Source of the DNA: Candidatus Thorarchaeota archaeon
GTDB lineage: Archaea; Asgardarchaeota; Thorarchaeia; Thorarchaeales; Thorarchaeaceae
Direction of reading: 5' to 3'
Assembly: GCA_048884965.1 (NCBI GenBank)
Contig: JBHLQH010000069.1
Location: forward strand, 1 to 10,480
Length of the DNA: 10,480 nt
Shown: one piece after another, positions 1-6,117 of the stretch
Numbering within the stretch: position 1 is the first letter of the stretch
Layout: the number at the start of each line of letters is the position of its first letter
The notes under the pieces: model-generated
Databases searched by the model: none
Told to the model about the DNA's origin: nothing
What the model saw: the letters and a program-made list of their open reading frames with translations, nothing else
Position numbers and translations under genes: made by a program

Positions 1-926
1 GGAACGCTTCATTACCAAGAACCGATACTATCATCATACAGTTCTACTCGACAGACACTGCACTTGCATCAGCTCTTACCTCAGGTGAGGTTGATGTTGC
101 ATATCGTCACTTGACACCCGCTCAAGTGAACACATTCAGGACCAATGCCAATTTCAAGGTCTGGGAGGGAGTAGGTGCATCCATCCAATACATGCTCTTC
201 CAGCAGACAATATATCCATACAATGAAACTTTGATCCGACAAGGCATTGCCGCAGCTTTGAATAGGACCAACATCGCATCAACAGTCTTCGAAGGCACAG
301 TTGATCCGCTCTACAGTATCATTCCCGCTGGAATGGCCTATCACAAGCCGTCATTTGAGATATATGGCGAGGCGAACTACACCTACACTCAGGAATGCTT
401 GGAAGTCTATGGCTATAATTCGACCAATAAATTGCAGGTACACCTATACTACGAGAGCTCTGGGCACTATCCGTCGAGTGAGGCACAAGCCACTGTGTAC
501 AAGAGCGATCTCGACGCGAGCGGTGTGATAACCGTCACACTCCATAGCTATGACTGGCCTACCTACAGACAACAGCGAAATGCTGGTACTATGGACATCT
601 TCATCTATGGATGGTATCCGGACTTCATTGATCCTGACAACTATGGCTTCTTGCCATTCGCATCATGGCTCAATCTAGGATACAATGAGACATATCCTGC
701 TGGTGGTGTCGCTCAGTATGATCTCTGGGTGGAAGGACGAAGTGCGCAGACAGACGCAGCCCGACAAGAGGCTTACTATGACTTGCAGGACTTGCAGGCT
801 GAGGAAGTATCTCTTATTCCACTCTGGCAAGGTCGCAACAACGCTGTGACAAACGCAGACATTGGTGGCATAATTCTGGACATCACAGTCAATTGGCGCC
901 ATTGGCTCCTCTATTGGAACCCATAG
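1..926 (+). CDS. dppA: ABC transporter substrate-binding protein, family 5 (DppA/OppA/NikA-like), 5'-truncated by the window edge
   Basis: The frame is open from base 3 (NASLPRTDTIIIQFYSTDTALASALTSGEVDVAYRHLTP...), so the TTG at 111 is not the real start. Family-5 motifs: ALTSGEVDVA, IRQGIAAALNR, SIIPAGM, GWYPDFIDPDNY, ARQEAYYDLQ..AEEVSLIPLW. First gene of the dppBCDF cluster; stop TAG 924-926. Confidence 0.92.
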   Translation, partial: NASLPRTDTIIIQFYSTDTALASALTSGEVDVAYRHLTPAQVNTFRTNANFKVWEGVGASIQYMLFQQTIYPYNETLIRQGIAAALNRTNIASTVFEGTVDPLYSIIPAGMAYHKPSFEIYGEANYTYTQECLEVYGYNSTNKLQVHLYYESSGHYPSSEAQATVYKSDLDASGVITVTLHSYDWPTYRQQRNAGTMDIFIYGWYPDFIDPDNYGFLPFASWLNLGYNETYPAGGVAQYDLWVEGRSAQTDAARQEAYYDLQDLQAEEVSLIPLWQGRNNAVTNADIGGIILDITVNWRHWLLYWNP

Positions 927-939
927 TCTATATCTTTCA

Positions 940-978
940 TGGTGCTGTTAGTCAAAACAGCACCAAACTCCTTTTTTT
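940..978 (+). terminator. Intra-operon hairpin plus T-tract downstream of the substrate-binding gene (partial terminator or mRNA 3' stabiliser)
   Basis: Perfect 10-bp stem TGGTGCTGTT (940-949) / AACAGCACCA (956-965), 6-nt loop, then AACTCC and T7 (972-978). Starts 13 nt after the stop codon. Confidence 0.75.
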
Positions 979-1077
979 CTGGCCTTCTTTGATATTTCTC
1001 AATTACTAACACACTTATCTTGTGATTGCATTGGAAAAATAGAGGAATTTGCACCATTCGGATGGATTTGAAACAAT

Positions 1078-1083
1078 GGAGGT
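1078..1083 (+). promoter_or_regulatory. Shine-Dalgarno site for dppB
   Basis: GGAGGT lies 9 nt upstream of the TTG start at 1093. Confidence 0.7.
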
Positions 1084-1092
1084 TCTAATCAT

Positions 1093-2103
1093 TTGTCGCT
1101 TAGGTCGTATATCGTGACTCGTGCCCTGCTTACTATTCCTATGATTATGGTATTACTTACGATAGTATTTCTGGTACTCAGAGTTATTCCAGGAGATCCT
1201 GCGCTTCTGCATTTTGAAAAGAATGTTGATCCAGATGTTCTTTATGCTTTCAAGGAACGCTTGGGATTGAATGTATCAGTACCGGAACAATACTTCAATT
1301 ATCTGGGAGGTCTACTGGTTGGGGACCTAGGCCTTTCAATGCAGGATTTCTCCCCTATTAGCACTCACATTGCAGACAGATTTCCAGCAACATTGGAACT
1401 CACCATCTATGCTATGCTATTCGCAGTGCTATTAGGAGTCGCACTTGGAGTAAAGTCATCAAAAAGCTATGACAAACCAGCTGATCATGGTATTCGTCTT
1501 TTTGGAATCATCACCTATGCAATTCCAGTATTCTTCTTGGGGATGATTCTACAATTCATATTCGGAATATGGCTTGGGATTCTTCCTGTCAATGGGCGAT
1601 ATGACCCTCATTTTGCTCTTCCAACTCGAATCACCGGAATGTACACAATAGATGCAATCCTTACTCTGAATCCAGTAGCATTCTTTGTTGCAGCACAATA
1701 CATCATCCTACCGTCTCTAACACTGGGCACCGTCCTTTGTGGGATATTTGTGCGGCTGACAAGGACAAACATGCTTGAAACCCTCCGAATGGACTTTGTC
1801 GTTGCAGCGGAGGCTAGAGGCCTCTCTGATGGAACTATAACCTATGGCTATGCACTGAAGAATGCCTTTCTTCCCATCATGACGATGATCGGATTGCAAT
1901 TTGCAGCTCTTTTAGCAGGTGCTGTTCTTACAGAAACAACATTCAATTGGTTGGGTTTGGGAACTTACTTGATAGATAGAATCAATCATCGTGATTATAC
2001 AGGAATTCAAGGCACCGTCGTCTTCTTTGGAATCCTTGTTAGTCTGGTAACACTGATCATGGACATTCTGTATGCCTACCTTGACCCTAGGATTAGATTG
2101 TAG
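1093..2103 (+). CDS. dppB: Peptide/nickel ABC transporter permease (DppB/OppB type)
   Basis: N-terminal YIVTRALLTIP...LRVIPGDPA, GDLGLS, RFPATLELT, EAA-like loop FVVAAEARGLS..ITYGYALKNAF, GAVLTETTFNWLGLG, and C-terminal DILYAYLDPRIR. TTG start with a GGAGGT RBS. Confidence 0.95.
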   Translation: MSLRSYIVTRALLTIPMIMVLLTIVFLVLRVIPGDPALLHFEKNVDPDVLYAFKERLGLNVSVPEQYFNYLGGLLVGDLGLSMQDFSPISTHIADRFPATLELTIYAMLFAVLLGVALGVKSSKSYDKPADHGIRLFGIITYAIPVFFLGMILQFIFGIWLGILPVNGRYDPHFALPTRITGMYTIDAILTLNPVAFFVAAQYIILPSLTLGTVLCGIFVRLTRTNMLETLRMDFVVAAEARGLSDGTITYGYALKNAFLPIMTMIGLQFAALLAGAVLTETTFNWLGLGTYLIDRINHRDYTGIQGTVVFFGILVSLVTLIMDILYAYLDPRIRL

Positions 2104-2114
2104 GATGTGATAAT

Positions 2115-3374
2115 ATGACTAAGGTACTAAGTGGTATATTTTACCAATTGGCTCCATCAAAGGACGAGCTGAAAGAATATTCCCGAAAGTGGTGGTTGGC
2201 TGTATTATCTCTGACTGCATTTACACTTCTAGTGGTTGCTAGCCTGATAGGGATGTCATTGGTTTCTCATAGTGGAGTGGGCATTTATGTAGTTCTTGGG
2301 ACGCTATGCATTGGAATTGGCATATTGTTCACTTCAGCATATCTGAGGACCCGCTATCAGAATACCGATCTTGTAACGAAGGGAAATATATTTCATTTCG
2401 CTTTGGTATTCCTAATCTTTGCCGTAATCTTCTTTCCATTTGGCTTCATAATCTATCCTTCCGATCCAATCGGTTTCGGGGTGATTGTGCTTGCAGGCGG
2501 CTTTATCCTATCTCTGCTTGTATTGATGGCCTATGAAGGGTATCCGCGGCTGAAGGAACGAGGCTCCCCTGGTGTGCTTACGACCTCTGGCCTGCTGATT
2601 GTATTGGCGTTAGTCTATATGACCGTCATATCTTATTGGATTGTTCCCTACAATCCATTCTCGATAAATATTGGAGGAATTAGAGAGCCTCCCAATCCGG
2701 ATTTCCCCTTAGGCACAACCTCGTTAGGTCAGGATATGCTGAGTAGAGTGGTCGCCGGTGGAGCAACAATGCTACAAGTCGCTGTCCTCTCAGTGATAGT
2801 CTGTTTCTTTGTAGGAGTTCCTTTGGGGTTGCTGTCATCATACAAAGGTGGTAACTTTGATCGCGGCATGGGCCTGATCATGGACAGCCTCTTTGCATTT
2901 CCAGGATTAGTACTTGCCATAGCGATTTCTGCAATGCTTGGTCCCAGAATCGTGAATATGGCGATCGCAATTGCAGTCGTCTATATCCCTTCATATTTCC
3001 GTATCATCAGAAGTCGGGTATTCACAGTGAAGGAATTGCCGTATGTTGAAGCAGCAATTATAATGGGCGCAAAAGATAGAGAGATTCTCCTGAGGTACAT
3101 CTTACCCAATGTACTGCCATCTGTCGTTGTAATCATGTCGATAAACTTCGCAGATGCTGTCTTGACCGCTGCTGGTCTCACGTTTGTAGGGCTAGGACTG
3201 CCAATCGATATCGCCGATTGGGGATGGGATTTGACCCTTGGCTTTGAGGTTATAATCGTCGGTTCATGGTGGGTGTCAGCATTCCCTGGACTGATGATCG
3301 TACTTCTGGCACTAGGCTTTACCTTGACTGGAGAAGGCTTGAACGAGATATTGACACCAAAGCTAAGGGAGTGA
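2115..3374 (+). CDS. dppC: Peptide/nickel ABC transporter permease (DppC/OppC type) with an N-terminal multi-TM extension
   Basis: PYNP...PP..DFPLGTTSLGQDMLSRVVAG, DSLFAFPGLVLAIA, EAA loop PYVEAAIIMGA..ILLRYILPN, LTFVGLG, WG..L, WWVSAFPGL, GEGLNEILTPK. About 150 extra residues precede the usual first helix. Confidence 0.93.
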   Translation: MTKVLSGIFYQLAPSKDELKEYSRKWWLAVLSLTAFTLLVVASLIGMSLVSHSGVGIYVVLGTLCIGIGILFTSAYLRTRYQNTDLVTKGNIFHFALVFLIFAVIFFPFGFIIYPSDPIGFGVIVLAGGFILSLLVLMAYEGYPRLKERGSPGVLTTSGLLIVLALVYMTVISYWIVPYNPFSINIGGIREPPNPDFPLGTTSLGQDMLSRVVAGGATMLQVAVLSVIVCFFVGVPLGLLSSYKGGNFDRGMGLIMDSLFAFPGLVLAIAISAMLGPRIVNMAIAIAVVYIPSYFRIIRSRVFTVKELPYVEAAIIMGAKDREILLRYILPNVLPSVVVIMSINFADAVLTAAGLTFVGLGLPIDIADWGWDLTLGFEVIIVGSWWVSAFPGLMIVLLALGFTLTGEGLNEILTPKLRE

Positions 3375-3380
3375 AGCAGT

Positions 3381-4391
3381 ATGGTTGATGTCCTAAGAAT
3401 AAAAGAATTGGTTGTTGAATACACGACTAGGAGAGGCATAGCTCGTGCAGTTGACCGAGTCAGTCTGAATCTACGAGAGAACAGAACATTGGGGCTTGCA
3501 GGTGAATCCGGTTGCGGCAAATCAACTCTGGGTCGTTCCATCATGCAGCTCGTTCCATATCCGGGCCGTGTGGTTAGCGGTGAAATCCATCTCAATATCG
3601 ATCACGATGTGCCATGGAAAAAAGGGATTATCAAAGAAGGTGATGTTCCTATCCTGGAGTTGAATGGTGAGCAAATGCGTGCGATTAGGGGAAGTAAGAT
3701 TGCCTATATCTTCCAGGATCCAATGACCTCTCTTAATCCTATGCTAAGCATCGGGGATCACTTCATTCAGATTCAACACGCTCATGATCCCGAGATAAGT
3801 GATGAGGACGCCTTGGTGCGCGCGGAGGAAGTCCTTGAGCGTTTAGGGCTTCTAGCAGAGCGTGTGAATGACTATCCTCACCAGTTTAGTGGTGGGATGC
3901 GTCAACGGGTCATGATTGGCCTGGCGCTAGTAATGAGACCGCGTCTACTCATCTCTGATGAGCCGACCACATCACTCGATGTCATTGTCGAGGCACAGAT
4001 CCTTGAGGAAATGGCTGAACTAAAAGATCTGTTCAATTTGACTATGATCCTCATCACACATAATCTGGGTGTCTTAGCCCAGACTGCTGATGATGTTGCT
4101 ATAATGTATACAGGGAAACTTGCAGAGTTGGCAGACACAGAAACGCTGTTTGAGAATCCGCAACACCCCTATACTCAAGCTCTTCTTCAATCCGTTCCCG
4201 ATGTGACGAAACCGGAGAAGAAATTGACATGGATTCCTGGCGCACCTCCTGACTTAGTGCATCCATTACCAGGATGTATGTTTCACCCCCGCTGTCCATT
4301 TGCTATGGACATATGTAGGGAGGAGGAACCAGAGCTCCTCGAAAGCCCCTCTGGGGGAGTAGTAGCCTGTCATCTCTACGGGAGGCAATGA
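3381..4391 (+). CDS. dppD: Peptide ABC transporter ATP-binding protein (DppD/OppD type)
   Basis: Walker A GESGCGKS, Q-loop IFQDPMTSLNP, signature FSGGMRQR, Walker B LLISDEPTTSLD, H-loop ITHN, HPYT, and C-terminal GCMFHPRC..C...VACH. RBS-like GGGAGTGA overlaps the dppC stop. Confidence 0.96.
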   Translation: MVDVLRIKELVVEYTTRRGIARAVDRVSLNLRENRTLGLAGESGCGKSTLGRSIMQLVPYPGRVVSGEIHLNIDHDVPWKKGIIKEGDVPILELNGEQMRAIRGSKIAYIFQDPMTSLNPMLSIGDHFIQIQHAHDPEISDEDALVRAEEVLERLGLLAERVNDYPHQFSGGMRQRVMIGLALVMRPRLLISDEPTTSLDVIVEAQILEEMAELKDLFNLTMILITHNLGVLAQTADDVAIMYTGKLAELADTETLFENPQHPYTQALLQSVPDVTKPEKKLTWIPGAPPDLVHPLPGCMFHPRCPFAMDICREEEPELLESPSGGVVACHLYGRQ

Positions 4392-4392
4392 A

Positions 4393-5376
4393 ATGAAGTT
4401 ACTAGAAATCAAGGGAGTGAGGAAATACTTCCCAGTACAAAAAGGATTCATTGAGCAATTAGTAACACGGGAGAAGACCTTTGTCAAAGCAGTTGATGGT
4501 GTTTCCTTTGATATCATGAAAGGCGAAGTCCTCGGTCTTGCAGGTGAGAGTGGTTCCGGAAAGACGACAATGGGTAGGCTATGTGTGCGACTCATTGCAC
4601 CGACTGAGGGTGAGATCAACTTCGACGGTAAGGATATTGCGAAACTAAAGGGCCTTGAGATGCGAAAGATACGCCAACGCATTCAGTTCACATTCCAGGA
4701 CCCATCTTCGTCACTCAATCCACGGTTATCCATCGGTGATGCTATTGCACATGCCCTAAAATTCCAAGGGATTGGAACTCCTGAAGAGAGAAAAGAACGA
4801 GCTGAGAATGTTCTGGAACGAGTTGGTCTCTCTCCAGCAGTATCTTTCTATGATCGGAAGCCGCATCAACTTTCGGGAGGGCAAAAGCAGCGAGTCGTCT
4901 TTGGAAGAGCAATCATCCTGAATCCCGAGTTTGTGGTGACCGATGAGCCCGTTGCAATGGTAGACGTGTCCATTAAGGCACAGCTTCTGGAACTCATGCT
5001 TGACCTCAAGAAGGAGCTCAATCTAACCTACCTCTTCATCTCTCATGATCTTGCTACGGCACGATATGTCTGTGATCGCATCGCTATCATGTATTTGGGC
5101 AAACTCATCGAGATTGGTGACAAGGACCAGATCTATGAGGAGCCATTGCATCCTTACACAGAAGGTCTCATCAGCGCAATACCGGTTCCTGACCCCACTG
5201 TGAAGAAGGCTGAGAAGATTCCACGAGGGGAGATTCCAAGTCCAATCAATCCTCCCTCTGGCTGCCGTTTTCACCCACGTTGCCCTAAGGCATTCGAAAG
5301 ATGCCCTATAGAAGAACCTGAGCTGGCAAGTACCGGCGATGGAAGATATGTAGCATGTCATCTCTACACTAACTAG
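4393..5376 (+). CDS. dppF: Peptide ABC transporter ATP-binding protein (DppF/OppF type)
   Basis: KAVDGVSF, Walker A GESGSGKT, FQDPSSSLNPR, LSGGQKQR, DEPVAMVD, ISHDL, HPYT, GCRFHPRC...VACH. Starts 1 nt after the dppD stop. Confidence 0.96.
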   Translation: MKLLEIKGVRKYFPVQKGFIEQLVTREKTFVKAVDGVSFDIMKGEVLGLAGESGSGKTTMGRLCVRLIAPTEGEINFDGKDIAKLKGLEMRKIRQRIQFTFQDPSSSLNPRLSIGDAIAHALKFQGIGTPEERKERAENVLERVGLSPAVSFYDRKPHQLSGGQKQRVVFGRAIILNPEFVVTDEPVAMVDVSIKAQLLELMLDLKKELNLTYLFISHDLATARYVCDRIAIMYLGKLIEIGDKDQIYEEPLHPYTEGLISAIPVPDPTVKKAEKIPRGEIPSPINPPSGCRFHPRCPKAFERCPIEEPELASTGDGRYVACHLYTN

Positions 5377-5388
5377 TAGTGATAGGTG

Positions 5389-5426
5389 GAACGATGTACT
5401 GGATGAATCATCTAGTACTATCGTTC
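5389..5426. repeat. Long imperfect inverted repeat between dppF and the secreted-protein gene
   Basis: GAACGAT-GTACTGGATG (5389-5405) / AAT loop / CATCTAGTAC-T-ATCGTTC (5409-5426): 17 pairs with one G.U and one bulged T. Confidence 0.85.
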
Positions 5427-5434
5427 ATTCTGCC

Positions 5435-5441
5435 TATATAT
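5435..5441 (+). promoter_or_regulatory. Candidate archaeal TATA box for the 5470 gene
   Basis: TATATAT about 30-35 nt upstream of the ATG at 5470, with no obvious SD. Compatible with a short-leader transcript, but no clear purine-rich BRE. Confidence 0.4.
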
Positions 5442-5469
5442 CAAAATCAACCAGTATATCCTGAGTAAA

Positions 5470-6021
5470 ATGAAGCATGCCAAGAAGATTGTTCTCTCCA
5501 CTGTAGGCGTTTCACTTCTTGTTATGTTTCTCCTCTCCCTGACCATCCTGCCCAGCGATGCCGCTGCTATCTTAGACACTCCTCGTTCTGCTGCGGCGAA
5601 TGTCGGAAACTCGTTTTCAGTAGATGCTATGGGAGAGGCTCTCTATCTCAATGACACAGATAGTATCAGGGCACTAACTAATATGCACATCGAGTTCACT
5701 ATAGTTCGAAATGGTTCTAGAGGTGTCATCTTTTTGGTTTCGTCTGGTTCATTCGTGATGAACTATACGAGGTTTTCTGTGAACGATGGAGTAGGCTATG
5801 CTGGAAGACCTCAATCGGATTCCTATAATCGAACGCTGGTATTTGGGTTTAGGCTCAATCTGACTGACGATGATGGTATACCACTTCAGTTGTCTTTCAG
5901 AGGATTTGTGGACCGATCTGAGGGTTTCAGACCCGTGCTATTCATGCACGGTAGAATTACATTCGAAAATCTACAATACTATCTGGTACAGCGTGGTACA
6001 ATTCATCGTATCGAATCATGA
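5470..6021 (+). CDS. Hypothetical secreted or membrane-tethered protein, beta-rich
   Basis: 183-aa ORF filling the gap between operons. Basic n-region (MKHAKK), hydrophobic h-region and SDAAA cleavage-like site. Alternating hydrophobic strands and five N-x-S/T sequons. No family recognised. Confidence 0.8.
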   Translation: MKHAKKIVLSTVGVSLLVMFLLSLTILPSDAAAILDTPRSAAANVGNSFSVDAMGEALYLNDTDSIRALTNMHIEFTIVRNGSRGVIFLVSSGSFVMNYTRFSVNDGVGYAGRPQSDSYNRTLVFGFRLNLTDDDGIPLQLSFRGFVDRSEGFRPVLFMHGRITFENLQYYLVQRGTIHRIES

Positions 6022-6074
6022 TGGAAGAAACCGAGGACTGCAGGCAATGCTACAAATCCAAGTACATTGCTCTT

Positions 6075-6100
6075 GAAAGGCGGGATCAAACCCGCCCTTC
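6075..6100 (-). terminator. GC-rich hairpin downstream of the aminopeptidase gene, between convergent genes
   Basis: On the minus strand GAAGGGCGGG-TTTGAT-CCCGCCTTTC forms 10 pairs (one G.U), 17 nt past the aminopeptidase stop. The same position is an A.C mismatch on the plus strand, which favours minus-strand function. No long U-tract follows. Confidence 0.6.
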
Positions 6101-6117
6101 CATCACCTTATGCAGGT

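Noticed and set aside
111-113. TTG start proposed by the ORF track for the substrate-binding protein
   Set aside because: The frame is open to the window edge and encodes family-5 motifs (ALTSGEVDVA) upstream, so the gene is truncated rather than starting here.
924-992. Possible amber read-through of dppA (TAG followed by a hairpin) adding SISFMVLLVKTAPNSFFSGLL as a membrane anchor
   Set aside because: The extension is interrupted by KTAPNS and is a poor TM helix. Hairpin plus T7 is better explained as a terminator or stabiliser, and no pyrrolysine genes are visible.
2981-3595. 204-aa minus-strand ORF and other antisense ORFs (675-902, 1717-1899, 2729-2920, 3902-4138, 4099-4299, 4266-4682, 5023-5361)
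   Set aside because: Shadow frames of well-conserved ABC transporter genes, a familiar artefact opposite ABC ATPases; no motifs of their own.
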